Shown here: piece after piece, positions 30,634 to 39,380 of the stretch
How positions within the stretch are numbered: the stretch's first letter is position 1
Layout: the number at the start of each line of letters is the position of its first letter
DNA from: a virus
Reading direction: 5' to 3' (one strand)
DNA: 64,000 nucleotides
IMG/VR virus record: IMGVR_UViG_3300044675_005263
Location: 1-64,000 of that record
The notes under the pieces: generated by a model
What the model saw: the letters and a program-made list of their open reading frames with translations, nothing else
Told to the model about the DNA's origin: nothing
Databases searched by the model: none
Program-made: the position numbers and the translations under genes

Positions 30634-31126
30634 TGGACAGTCGTCTTGCCATAGCTCGGTAGGTAACTCCTGCGGCTTCAGCGATAGAAGCGGTAGGAAC
30701 GCCTCTGCTTCTCAGCTCTTTGGCAATCTGGGTTAGCTCAACGTTGGCTTTAGCTAGAGGACTATCTGGAGATGTCTTAGCACGATAGCGTTTTGATAGC
30801 ACAGACAACTCCCTGAGTCTAAGTCTGATATCGGCAGGAACGCCCGGAGAAATGGATCTCAAGCGAGGAGCATTCTTAGTAGGCACGGATGTGGTGAGGG
30901 ACTTTGGAGGGGGAACTGGGATGTTCCTAAACTGCTTTACATCTTCAGCTCTACGAACCCAGAAATGAACTGTCGTCTTGGGGCGAGGCGGATTTAGAGA
31001 GTCTCCAATAACTGCAAGGGACCAGCCAGCATTCCACAACGCTCTAAGGCGTGATTCCATCTCAGCTCGAGGCAGCAAAGCAATATATGCAACTTCGTCT
31101 AGGGGGAGTTTTGGCTGATTAATCAT
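30626..31126 (-). CDS. Putative double-HTH DNA-binding protein, first gene of the structural operon
   Basis: GWSLAVIG..TTVHFWV and GVPTASIAEAAGVTYRAMARR; likely start MINQPK. Confidence 0.6.
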   Translation of the reverse strand: MINQPKLPLDEVAYIALLPRAEMESRLRALWNAGWSLAVIGDSLNPPRPKTTVHFWVRRAEDVKQFRNIPVPPPKSLTTSVPTKNAPRLRSISPGVPADIRLRLRELSVLSKRYRAKTSPDSPLAKANVELTQIAKELRSRGVPTASIAEAAGVTYRAMARRLSNG

Positions 31127-31269
31127 ATGCTTATTGTACTTGAAGTTCAAGAGGGCGTACAAAGAAAAGGAGATGAAATCTTGTACGGCAGAGGAGAAAA
31201 GATGAACCTTTACATAAATTGCTTTTGACCTGCGAGAAGGGTACTGATGTTTTTCGGGTTTTTCAAAAT

Positions 31270-31490
31270 CGTTCCGGGCCTTTTTGTCTGACTTTTTTAC
31301 CCCTTTTTTTATTTTTATTTTTGACTGTTTTTCTGATAACTTTTCTTTATAAAGTGCATAGATGCTCTCTATCTTTATTTCTTTTGCGACTTTTGCAAAA
31401 TAAAAAAAGCTTTTTATTTTTTTCTTTTTAGTTTTGTTTTTGTTTTGCTTTTATTTTTATTTTTATTTTTACTTCTTTTAATTTTATCTA
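31270..31490. repeat. T-rich low-complexity tract
   Basis: Many T4-T9 runs, non-coding, between divergent gene blocks. Confidence 0.8.
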
Positions 31491-31655
31491 AGGACTTGGT
31501 CTAAGTTACTTGAGAAGAAGTAAAGTAACTTAAGATCTCTCTTAGGTCTTGAGGGATAGTTACTACTTAGTAACTTAGGCTCTTGCCTTCCTGACTTCTA
31601 GAAACCTAGGTCAAGAACTATGACTAGTCATCTATCTATTATAGTTTGTAAAGTG

Positions 31656-31674
31656 CAGGGAGATAGGATACCTT
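31656..31674 (+). promoter_or_regulatory. Early-type promoter CAGGGAGA-N5-TACCTT
   Basis: Member of repeated promoter family. Confidence 0.6.
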
Positions 31675-31721
31675 TATCTCATTGGGGCAGGGAGTTCCAA
31701 TACAGACAAAGGGAGAAACAA

Positions 31722-31982
31722 ATGTCATATGGAGTTTCAATTACAGTAAAGTATTCAGAGACAACATCAACAGGAACAATCACAAAAGAAACGAACTACC
31801 ATTTCCACGTTGATACCGCATCAAATGCAAGCGATCTAATTACTAAGACCGCATCAAATGCAAAGGGTATGAACGCAAAGGTGGAGAAGGTAGAGGTTAC
31901 CGAAGAGAACCCATACTCTTACGAAAACCCATACCGCAATCTTACAGACGGCGAAATCTTGGAACTTCTCCTAACCAAGTAA
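31722..31982 (+). CDS. Hypothetical protein (start MSYGV)
   Basis: AAGGGAG RBS, promoter upstream, terminator downstream. Confidence 0.75.
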   Translation: MSYGVSITVKYSETTSTGTITKETNYHFHVDTASNASDLITKTASNAKGMNAKVEKVEVTEENPYSYENPYRNLTDGEILELLLTK

Positions 31983-31994
31983 CCGCAAAGAACT

Positions 31995-32030
31995 AACCCC
32001 CCTGACTTCCCTCGGGGGGGTTTTTCTTTT
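31995..32030 (+). terminator. Intrinsic terminator with CUUCCC loop
   Basis: AACCCCCCTGA-CTTCCC-TCGGGGGGGTT then T-run. Confidence 0.8.
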
Positions 32031-32074
32031 CCCGACACGCCGTAAAAGCTTTTTTCTTTCAATTTTACAAAAGT

Positions 32075-32093
32075 CAGGAAGATAGGCTACACT
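32075..32093 (+). promoter_or_regulatory. Early-type promoter CAGGAAGA-N5-TACACT
   Basis: Repeated promoter family. Confidence 0.7.
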
Positions 32094-32145
32094 TTATCTA
32101 AGCGGTTAATCACAGGGAGAACACCGCACAACAAGGGAGAACAAA

Positions 32146-32523
32146 ATGAACAACAACGACACAATGACAATCACAAAGACTTTCACAGTCGGTCAACTAT
32201 GGGAGGCAGTTTTCGGTTCTGACGGTTCAGGAATTGTCTACTGGTCTCCAAAGATCCGCAAGCAAAATGGACACGGCATTGACCTATGGAAGACAGTTGA
32301 CGGAGAACTTCAACCAAACCCACAAGATTTCAAGATCTGGGATATCGAAGAAAACAAGTGGCACTTTATAACCGTAGAAGACCTCCGCACAGGTTTTGAG
32401 AAGGCTTTAATCGCAAACCAAACCCACTGCGGTGGATACCCTCTAGACCTTGAAGATTATGACGCTTGCTTCTGCGATATGGTTATCCAATACGCAGTCT
32501 TCGGAAAACTGGTTTATGGCTAA
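32146..32523 (+). CDS. Hypothetical protein
   Basis: AAGGGAG RBS; C-terminus D..D.VIQYAVFGKLVYG. Confidence 0.8.
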   Translation: MNNNDTMTITKTFTVGQLWEAVFGSDGSGIVYWSPKIRKQNGHGIDLWKTVDGELQPNPQDFKIWDIEENKWHFITVEDLRTGFEKALIANQTHCGGYPLDLEDYDACFCDMVIQYAVFGKLVYG

Positions 32524-32537
32524 GAAACTCCCGCAAG

Positions 32538-32568
32538 AAACCCCCTGAGAAATCGGGGGGTTTTTTGT
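32538..32568 (+). terminator. Intrinsic terminator
   Basis: CCCCCTGA-GAAA-TCGGGGGG then T6. Confidence 0.8.
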
Positions 32569-32589
32569 TGGGCGTGTCGTTGATTAAGT

Positions 32590-32608
32590 CAGGAAGAAGG
32601 TTTATAGT
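32590..32608 (+). promoter_or_regulatory. Early-type promoter CAGGAAGA-N5-TATAGT
   Basis: Repeated promoter family. Confidence 0.7.
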
Positions 32609-32653
32609 TTTCCTAGTGGTTCAGGGAGAACCGCAGGAAGAAAGGGAAAGCAA

Positions 32654-32743
32654 ATGTTAATAGCCTCAATAGCAATAGTTGCAGGGATTATAGGAACTGC
32701 AATCGCTTTAATTCAAGACCCAATCGAACAAGAAAGGAAATAG
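32654..32743 (+). CDS. 29-aa membrane peptide
   Basis: AAAGGGAA RBS; MLIASIAIVAGIIGTAIALIQDPIEQERK. Confidence 0.55.
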   Translation: MLIASIAIVAGIIGTAIALIQDPIEQERK

Positions 32744-32747
32744 GGAA

Positions 32748-32888
32748 ATGGCAAAAACTGTAGAACTAGTCAACAGCAAGACAGTCGAACAAATAACAAA
32801 ACAACTTCTAGAGGCACTGTCAGAAGGCAACACCGCAAGGGCTGAACTTCTAGAAATGTGGCTAACAGAATTAAAGAACTCTAAGTAA
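32748..32888 (+). CDS. 46-aa hypothetical protein
   Basis: MAKTVELVNSK..., purine-rich RBS, terminator follows. Confidence 0.6.
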   Translation: MAKTVELVNSKTVEQITKQLLEALSEGNTARAELLEMWLTELKNSK

Positions 32889-32899
32889 ATCCGTCAAAC

Positions 32900-32941
32900 A
32901 AAAAACCCCTCAACCGTAAAGGTTGGGGGGTTCTTTGCTTT
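32900..32941. terminator. Bidirectional terminator between convergent genes
   Basis: A6-CCCTCAACC-GTAAA-GGTTGGGGG-TTCTTT. Confidence 0.75.
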
Positions 32942-32946
32942 CAGAA

Positions 32947-33222
32947 TTAAGAAGATTTTCTTCCTTTATCAACCAAAGCAAATGCTTCGTCAATTTCTGC
33001 CGTAGTTAGTTTTCCGTCTGCAAGGTAGGCACGAGCCAAAGCCTCTAAGACAGTAGCAACACCAAGAGCACCCGCAAGGGTTACTGCTTGAGTTAATTCA
33101 ATACCAACAATAGAACCAGCGCCGATCACTGATAATCCTGATGCAGCGAAAACCGCAATGACTCTAGAGACAATCATTTTAGTTTTCTCGAACTGCTTAT
33201 TCTTTATTTCCTTTACTGCCAT
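32947..33222 (-). CDS. Small membrane protein (holin-like)
   Basis: Two hydrophobic helices, DGKLT..EIDEAF tail; start MAVKE after AAAGGA. Confidence 0.6.
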   Translation of the reverse strand: MAVKEIKNKQFEKTKMIVSRVIAVFAASGLSVIGAGSIVGIELTQAVTLAGALGVATVLEALARAYLADGKLTTAEIDEAFALVDKGRKSS

Positions 33223-33331
33223 AAGTGCTGTGTCCTTTCTATGTTCACACTTAGGCGCTAGAAATACCAACGCCCAGCCTCTCAATTTTACTTGAGCGAC
33301 TGGGCGCTGATCAGAATTGGAGAGGTAGCTA

Positions 33332-33754
33332 CTACGCTCCAACTCCTACATCTAAACCATCAAAAAGATATGCAAGGACTGCTTCATCAAAGCAACCGCA
33401 CTCCTCTAAGCCTACTGACTTGCGATAAGCGTTGATAGCCTCAACACTTCCTGCTCCTAGTCTGCCAAACTTATCTCTAACAACTGCGTCAAAACCTAGA
33501 TCTTTTAGACGCAACTGAACAGTCTGAACAGAAGAAGAGTTGCCAGCCATAGCGTTAACCTTAAGAGCAGAAAGAGAAATAATTGTGTTTGCTTCTCTCT
33601 TTACCTTTGGTGCTGACTTGCTTTCCTTCTTTACTTCTTTGACCTCTACAACTTTAGGCTCTTCTGCGAGCGCAGGTGTTGCCTTAGGCTCTTCCGTAGG
33701 TGGTTCCATAGGCTGAAACATTGAACCTACTAGGGGTCTGAGTTCTTGGCTCAT
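33332..33754 (-). CDS. Peptidoglycan-binding domain protein
   Basis: VQTVQLRLKDLGF..G.LG..SVEAINAYRKSVGL resembles PG_binding_1. Confidence 0.6.
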   Translation of the reverse strand: MSQELRPLVGSMFQPMEPPTEEPKATPALAEEPKVVEVKEVKKESKSAPKVKREANTIISLSALKVNAMAGNSSSVQTVQLRLKDLGFDAVVRDKFGRLGAGSVEAINAYRKSVGLEECGCFDEAVLAYLFDGLDVGVGA

Positions 33755-33759
33755 TTTTC

Positions 33760-34335
33760 CTACTTTCCTTCGGGGAACTTCTTAAGCCACATTTGAAACC
33801 TAGGTTCCGCCGTAGCACTATTATAGTCGCTCTTTGATATCTTCCAAGCGGAGAAATCTTCTCCACCCTTGCTCATATGGTGAGCAATCTGAGCATTAAC
33901 TACTGGATTGAAAAGGTCTGAGTTTGAGTCAAGCGAGAATTTAATTCTGCGCTCCGGGCCTAGGTCGCCAATCATATTGATCTGATAGACACCATAGGAA
34001 CTATCGCCTGTCTTTGCGTTGCCATTGAAGGCAAGCGGGCGACCATTAGACTCCTTCTTTGCAATAGCCCACGCAATGCGAAGAGCCTTGCCTTCAAAGC
34101 CTACGGCAATGAGAAGGTCTCTCAACTCTGTATCTGTAAGAGAGGTCTTGTTCTCAAAATCTGAAAGCTTCGGTTTTACTTCTACTACTATTGGTTCTTG
34201 AATTACAACTGGTTTAACAGGTTCCATTTGCTCTGGACTCTGCGCTACTGCTATTGCGGTAGATGCTAGAACTACTGTCAAAGACATTAGCGCTATCAAC
34301 TCTTGCAAATGGCGTTGCTTAAGAGATTGCCTCAT
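33760..34335 (-). CDS. Secreted lysozyme-like / lytic transglycosylase
   Basis: Signal-like N-terminus; AIAKKESNG, SYGVYQIN, LFNPVVNAQIA, FSAW. Confidence 0.8.
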   Translation of the reverse strand: MRQSLKQRHLQELIALMSLTVVLASTAIAVAQSPEQMEPVKPVVIQEPIVVEVKPKLSDFENKTSLTDTELRDLLIAVGFEGKALRIAWAIAKKESNGRPLAFNGNAKTGDSSYGVYQINMIGDLGPERRIKFSLDSNSDLFNPVVNAQIAHHMSKGGEDFSAWKISKSDYNSATAEPRFQMWLKKFPEGK

Positions 34336-34789
34336 TTGGGTTCCTTCGTTTGGGGACAGGGACAGGTTGCTCGACTTGCCAACCTTGCTAACCCACTTGG
34401 GGGTGAGCCTTACTTCAAGTGTCTAATCCGTAGATCTCCTTACGTCACTTGTCTTGCTTGAATAAACTATACCGCAATGTCAGGTTAATCCGACACTGAT
34501 TTAGCCTACCAAACTAGGATTTATTTCACACCGTGAGCGTAAAAGCCCTGCTGATAGCCTTAAATCTATAATAAAACCTAAATGCTCCATAAAAAATGCA
34601 GGGAGGTGAGTTTTTCCCCTCCCCGCACCTTAAAGCTTTAGCGTTTCTCTCTAGCGGATAGAGTTGCTGATGCTACTGAGGTTAGACCAAAGGCGAGCGC
34701 CATTGAGTCATTACCTTGATAACCTGCCACGAGGCAAGCCACTCCAAGGGCTAGGGAGATTACTGCTGTCCAAACTATGTTCTTTGTAT

Positions 34790-34984
34790 TCATATGCTCA
34801 CTCTCTTATCAGGTCTAGTTCTGCCTACCAAACGAGCAGAGGGGTCTCTAGCGACCACTCCAGCCCCGTAGACAGCCTTTCTAGCGGTTCGGTAGGCAAC
34901 GCCTAGTTCTTTGGCTACTGCCTCTAGAGATAGCCCACTTTCGTAAAGGCGGACTGCCTCTTCTGTAATCTTTTCGATCTTCAT
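34790..34984 (-). CDS. HTH DNA-binding protein
   Basis: LYESGLSLEAVAKELGVAYRTARKAV. Confidence 0.75.
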   Translation of the reverse strand: MKIEKITEEAVRLYESGLSLEAVAKELGVAYRTARKAVYGAGVVARDPSARLVGRTRPDKRVSI

Positions 34985-35160
34985 TACTTAGTTACTCTCT
35001 TTTCTTTTAGTAGTTCGGCTTGGAGAAATCTAATCTTGTCGTTCTTTTGGTTGATGACTCGGTGCAACTGACCCTGCGCTCTAATACCAACAACCATAAC
35101 AAAGCAAGAGCCAGCGAGCGCAATTACTATTCCAATCAAGGTTCCCGTATCTAAATACAT
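34984..35160 (-). CDS. Small membrane protein (start MYLDT)
   Basis: GGGGTAAAAATG start context; one TM helix. Confidence 0.65.
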   Translation of the reverse strand: MYLDTGTLIGIVIALAGSCFVMVVGIRAQGQLHRVINQKNDKIRFLQAELLKEKRVTK

Positions 35161-35162
35161 TT

Positions 35163-35354
35163 TTACCCCCTCTCTTTTATAGTGTAAGCAAAAGTAAAGA
35201 CAGAGAAACAACCAACCCAATCGCCCCACCTTTTGCCAAAGTGAAAGGTTCTCCAGTTAGTAGCCACAATGTTAAGCCAAAGGGTATAGCGACCAACCCC
35301 AATAGTTAGATGAGCTAAGTAAGTCGGTAGCCCAAAGCCAAGATCAAACATCAT
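35163..35354 (-). CDS. Hypothetical protein
   Basis: GGGGTAAAAAATG start context. Confidence 0.6.
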   Translation of the reverse strand: MMFDLGFGLPTYLAHLTIGVGRYTLWLNIVATNWRTFHFGKRWGDWVGCFSVFTFAYTIKERG

Positions 35355-35357
35355 TTT

Positions 35358-35591
35358 TTACCCCTCGTATTCGGCTCTTATTAGTTGTAGTTCCTCGTCA
35401 ATGCGCTGTTGTTCTTCGGCACGAGCGTAATACTCGATAGCAATTTTGTCGTAAGCGTTTTTTATTAGTTCTAGTTCATAACCTGTCGGCTTCCACTTAC
35501 GAACTTTAGGGTGTCGAAATGTTGCTAGCATAACCGCATAGAGTTCGTCATCACTTAGCAGAATTGGTTGAGGTTTTCTAAGTCTAGGCAT
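35358..35591 (-). CDS. Hypothetical protein
   Basis: GGGGAG RBS. Confidence 0.7.
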   Translation of the reverse strand: MPRLRKPQPILLSDDELYAVMLATFRHPKVRKWKPTGYELELIKNAYDKIAIEYYARAEEQQRIDEELQLIRAEYEG

Positions 35592-35603
35592 TTGCTCTCC
35601 CCC

Positions 35604-35759
35604 TTATGGATACAACAGGTCTAGGCAGAATTGGTTCATCTGCTCTGTTGGAACTTTGCACATTTCAGGTGTTGTAGCGTCCATAGCCCAAGCGAACAGA
35701 GCCAACAAGATAACTGCAACTGCGATACGGCGTCTAATAAACTTTGCTTCTGTTTTCAT
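35604..35759 (-). CDS. Small membrane protein (start MKTEAK)
   Basis: AGGGAG RBS; promoter at 35800-35818. Confidence 0.65.
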   Translation of the reverse strand: MKTEAKFIRRRIAVAVILLALFAWAMDATTPEMCKVPTEQMNQFCLDLLYP

Positions 35760-35837
35760 CTTCTCCCTGCTTCCTTTGGCTCCCTTAGCCAATAAGTAAA
35801 TACTAACAGACCTTCCTGCACTTTGCAACTTCTCTAA

Positions 35838-36053
35838 CTATTCGGCGTGTTGCTTCTGCTTCTCGATAGTTAGACGAGCCATAGCCAAGAGTTCCTCGAA
35901 ACTTCTAGGGTCTTGATTGAAACACTCCCACGATTGAGCAAGAGTTATTGAGTGAGGCTTTGGCTTTGCTACGGCACTACTTCTATTTCCACCCTTGCGA
36001 CCCTTTAGACTTTTTACAGTTCCCAAGATTGCGCTATCAGGTAATCCCCACAT
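35838..36053 (-). CDS. Hypothetical protein
   Basis: RBS and promoter at 36086-36104. Confidence 0.65.
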   Translation of the reverse strand: MWGLPDSAILGTVKSLKGRKGGNRSSAVAKPKPHSITLAQSWECFNQDPRSFEELLAMARLTIEKQKQHAE

Positions 36054-36172
36054 TTTGTTTTCCTTTCCCTATTCCCTATAAATAAATAATAACAGACCTT
36101 CCTGCATTTTGCAAGTATCGGCATAAAATAAAAGTGGAGAGGAGCGCCCTTGCGAGCGCCCCTCTCAGAGCG

Positions 36173-36412
36173 TTATGCGAGTATGTCGCACTCGGCTGAC
36201 TGTCGGTCTTTCAAGTATTCAGAGCGTTCCTGCTCTGTCTTGAATTCCCAACCAATCATTGCGACATCTGTGTGTCGCTTCTTTTTTGAGTCTTTAGTGT
36301 GTTTTTGAAATTCATCGTTAGCGTAGAGCTGTTGCTCGTGCCACTCGGTGAAATACCAACTACCGACCCAACCACAAACACAAATGTGTTTGACGATCTT
36401 TCCGTATGAAAT
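36173..36412 (-). CDS. 79-aa hypothetical protein with apparent ATT start
   Basis: Open frame ISYGKIVKHICVCGW... 7 nt after GGGAGG; promoter at 36459-36477. Confidence 0.5.
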   Translation of the reverse strand: MSYGKIVKHICVCGWVGSWYFTEWHEQQLYANDEFQKHTKDSKKKRHTDVAMIGWEFKTEQERSEYLKDRQSAECDILA

Positions 36413-36458
36413 TTTTTTACCTCCCTACTGTCGGCTCCCTTTCCGACCTAGTAAAACA

Positions 36459-36540
36459 ATCTTACCACACCTTCCTGCATTTTCCTAATCACGGCGTGTC
36501 GTAGGCTCAATTAGGTTTTGTCAGGAAGGTGTGCTATAAT
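36459..36540. promoter_or_regulatory. Divergent early promoter pair flanking a GGCGTGTCG box
   Basis: CAGGAAGG-TGTGG-TAAGAT (minus, 36459-36477) and CAGGAAGG-TGTGC-TATAAT (plus, 36522-36540). Confidence 0.75.
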
Positions 36541-36581
36541 AGGATTACCGAACAAGGGAAACGGTAGAAGGGAGAAAACAA

Positions 36582-36773
36582 ATGCCAAAGTTTGATGTTG
36601 AAGTTTCAAGCAAAGGTTGGGGCGACCCTAGATTTATTCTTATAGATGTCGCAAACGCTATCCGCAAGGCTGGCGCAACAACTGAAGAACAAGACCAGTG
36701 GTTTAACGAGGCTACCTCGGGCGACTCTGAAAATGTTCTTCGCACCGCAATGAAGTGGGTGAAAGTCGCCTAA
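36582..36773 (+). CDS. Hypothetical protein
   Basis: AAGGGAG RBS; EATSGD..VLRTAMKWV C-terminus. Confidence 0.8.
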   Translation: MPKFDVEVSSKGWGDPRFILIDVANAIRKAGATTEEQDQWFNEATSGDSENVLRTAMKWVKVA

Positions 36774-36897
36774 CTGATTGAGGGCAAGGACTTCCCCCCT
36801 TGTCCTCTCTCGGCGACACGCCAAGAAAAGTAAATGCAAGAAATGTCAGGAAGGTATGTTAGACTTACTACAACAAGCCAAACAAGGGAGAAAGAAA

Positions 36898-37005
36898 ATG
36901 GCTAAGAAAGTTCAGATGATTTTTATTCATTGTTGGAAGTGTGGTCGTAGGTTTCAGATTGCAGAGCGTGATTACAACCACGGCGCAGTTTGTGAGGATT
37001 GCTAA
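36898..37005 (+). CDS. Small Zn-ribbon protein (MAKKVQ; CWKC..CEDC)
   Basis: Promoter 36847-36865, AAGGGAG RBS. Confidence 0.6.
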   Translation: MAKKVQMIFIHCWKCGRRFQIAERDYNHGAVCEDC

Positions 37006-37202
37006 TGATTAGGTGGAGCAAAGCCGAAGTGGATAATCGTTTGGGGATTATGTCCTCGAACGGAAAATACTTTATAAGCGCAAGAGGCTGGCTTGCTGGT
37101 GGTGTCCTAAATTGGTTCCTCTATGATTTTAGTGATAACACTTACCAAGACGGATTTCGCTATCAAAGAGATGCGAAAGCATTTGCAGAGGAATTAGGTT
37201 AG
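37005..37202 (+). CDS. Hypothetical protein
   Basis: TAATG coupling. Confidence 0.6.
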   Translation: MIRWSKAEVDNRLGIMSSNGKYFISARGWLAGGVLNWFLYDFSDNTYQDGFRYQRDAKAFAEELG

Positions 37203-37768
37203 TCTCGGTATTGAGTCAAGAGGTAAAAAGGTTCCGCAGTCTTGTTATCAAACTTAGAAGAAACGGCGAGCGCAGTTTTGATCGTAGCTCTTGCAGTTGT
37301 GAGAGTTCTATTCTTGCCCTCTGATAAAGCATTGAGCGCACCCAAAGCAAAGTCCGCACCTGAACCTATCGCATAGAGACCAGTCGTATCGTGGCACCAA
37401 GAATAATCTTCGCCTATCTCATAGATAGTTCCATTTATTAAAACCATAATCTGACTTTCTTGGTCGCCATCTTTTGAGTAAGAGGCTTCTTCAAAACATT
37501 TTTTTAGTTCGGGGATAAACACCGCAGTCATAAACTTATCTAGTTTTACTCCTAGAGTTGATCCTGTGCAAGGCGGTGCCTTAAAAACGTGAGTCATTAA
37601 GTTGATAGCTCGAACATCTCCCGCAACACCTAAAACATAATTACCACTCTTAAAAACTTTACCTGAGTCCTTCGGCAAGACATAAGTTCTGCCATCTTCT
37701 TCGGTAACTCTTGAGTCATAACCAACAACAGCCCAGCCATCACCTTGAACGCTCGCTATTGTTGTCAT
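37199..37768 (-). CDS. Proteasome-beta/HslV-like Ntn threonine protease
   Basis: MTTIA N-terminus, DSRVT, K, AIGSGADFALGAL. Confidence 0.8.
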   Translation of the reverse strand: MTTIASVQGDGWAVVGYDSRVTEEDGRTYVLPKDSGKVFKSGNYVLGVAGDVRAINLMTHVFKAPPCTGSTLGVKLDKFMTAVFIPELKKCFEEASYSKDGDQESQIMVLINGTIYEIGEDYSWCHDTTGLYAIGSGADFALGALNALSEGKNRTLTTARATIKTALAVSSKFDNKTAEPFYLLTQYRD

Positions 37769-37780
37769 AGTTTTTACCCC

Positions 37781-38023
37781 TTAGTAACGATTATCCCACA
37801 GCTCATCACGCAAAGCGTATTCATAACGCTCGGCGTAACTAGAGTTCTTCTCTGAAATGTCTTCATCTTGGATAAGACCATCAAGAGAGAACACCGCAGT
37901 GCACTCGGGTTCTTCAAACATAATAACTAATTTAGTATCTGACTCGGCAGGGTCATCAACGATAGCCACAACAAACGGAGCTGAACTCCCATTTGAGTGA
38001 TAAACCTTCTGAACTATTTGCAT
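37781..38023 (-). CDS. Hypothetical protein
   Basis: ORF with GAGG RBS. Confidence 0.65.
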   Translation of the reverse strand: MQIVQKVYHSNGSSAPFVVAIVDDPAESDTKLVIMFEEPECTAVFSLDGLIQDEDISEKNSSYAERYEYALRDELWDNRY

Positions 38024-38115
38024 ACCTCTAAAGATACCTTGATCGGTGAACCCTGATTTTTACCCCCATACAATAGAAAAACCCCCACCTCTCGGCAGGG
38101 GCTTCTCTCTACAAG

Positions 38116-38451
38116 TTAGGCAAGGTTTTCGAAGTAATGCCCTTCGTGCTTCCAAACTGTCTTATTCGCTAGAAGGCTACTCGCCCAGTAATCGAAATTA
38201 AAGTAGCGAGCTAGAGTTTCTATCTGACCATTTCCGCCTGAATTGAGTAGCCCAATTCTGTCGGCATAGTTCTCGGCGAAAGTTCTATCGCTTCCGTAAT
38301 AACCTAGATAGGTATTCTCTGCGTCTTGTGCAAAGCTTTCCCAGTTCGCTAGAGATAATCCGTATCCCATAGCGTAAGTGCTTAGAACCGCAAGACTCTT
38401 GTCTGCTTGTTCGATTGCTTCTTCAATCGCTTCAAGATTTGCAACTGTCAT
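38116..38451 (-). CDS. ArdA-like antirestriction protein (C-terminal part)
   Basis: YLGYYGSDRTFAENY..LARYFNFDYWASSL..GHYF pattern, acidic. Confidence 0.6.
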   Translation of the reverse strand: MTVANLEAIEEAIEQADKSLAVLSTYAMGYGLSLANWESFAQDAENTYLGYYGSDRTFAENYADRIGLLNSGGNGQIETLARYFNFDYWASSLLANKTVWKHEGHYFENLA

Positions 38452-38583
38452 TTGTTTCCCTTGTTAAGTGGTTACTAGAACCAAGTAGATTTATTGTAGT
38501 CGATTATCCTGACATTTGCAAAACGACACGGCAAAAGAAAAACCCCGCATTCCTGCGGGGCTTCTCCTTGATCCTTTTTACCT

Positions 38584-38892
38584 CTAGGCGTATTCCTTAA
38601 GTTCGGATAGTCGGCGAGGTGTCCAGTTAATATCACGCTCGACCGCAGGAATTTCAATTCCACCCATTGAAAGTTTTAGACTCTGCAACTCGCTAAGGCT
38701 GAAATACCCCAGCTCTTTCTCAAAGCCGTGAACCATTCCGAAGAATAAATCTTCTCCATCAAACTCCATAGCAAACCAAGTCCAGCCACTTCCCAAAGCA
38801 AAAAACTTAGCGATAATCATTGGGTCTTTTACTTCTTCATTTGAGTAAAGTGCTGGCAACTTCTTGCGTAGTTCTTTAGTTAGTAGTTCCAT
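38584..38892 (-). CDS. DUF2958-like protein
   Basis: KFFALGSGWTWFAME..LFFG..ELGYFSLSEL..VERD. Confidence 0.8.
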   Translation of the reverse strand: MELLTKELRKKLPALYSNEEVKDPMIIAKFFALGSGWTWFAMEFDGEDLFFGMVHGFEKELGYFSLSELQSLKLSMGGIEIPAVERDINWTPRRLSELKEYA

Positions 38893-38964
38893 TTTTTAAC
38901 TCCCTAGTTCTCCAGCTCCCTGCTGGTGTCTTAAGTGTAACACATCTTCCTGACTTTTTCTTCC

Positions 38965-39219
38965 TTATCGGGGCTCTTGATTTTCCTCGATTAAAAACGC
39001 AAACCCTGCGCCATTTCCTTCCTCATCTTGAGAGAGGACTAAACCTAGTCCATTATCAAATTCAAGAATAGGAACAGCGTGGTGATTACTAAAATCCCAG
39101 CCCATAAGTTCTTCGGCTTCTTCTTCGGTAGCGCTTCTAATACTTACGAGCTTGGCACCTACCAATTGTCCCCACTCTTTATTTAAATACTCGGTGAGCT
39201 GAATTGTGTTATTCGTCAT
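38965..39219 (-). CDS. Hypothetical protein (SQDEEGNGAG motif)
   Basis: GGGGTAAAAAAATG context. Confidence 0.75.
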   Translation of the reverse strand: MTNNTIQLTEYLNKEWGQLVGAKLVSIRSATEEEAEELMGWDFSNHHAVPILEFDNGLGLVLSQDEEGNGAGFAFLIEENQEPR

Positions 39220-39274
39220 TTTTTTACCCCTCTTGTCGGTTTAGGTCTAGCTTATCTGATCTCTATAATAATTC

Positions 39275-39380
39275 AAAATAGACACACCGCACCCTTGCTA
39301 GGGAGAGCAAGGGACGGTGCGATAAGCACAAGTGCTTATCTCAACGGGGAGCAGAAAGGGAAGTTCGCTCGACCCGGTGA
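39275..39380 (-). ncRNA. Candidate three-hairpin small RNA with UCCCU loops
   Basis: TGA-TAAGAT -10 at 39385-39393; three contiguous stems; U-rich end; no convincing ORF. Confidence 0.6.

Noticed and set aside
31219-31431. 70-aa Phe/Leu-rich ORF
   Set aside because: Translation of the T-tract
34336-34460. c-di-AMP (ydaO) riboswitch before the transglycosylase
   Set aside because: Conserved GCUGAAUC and GUCAGCUAAC elements not found
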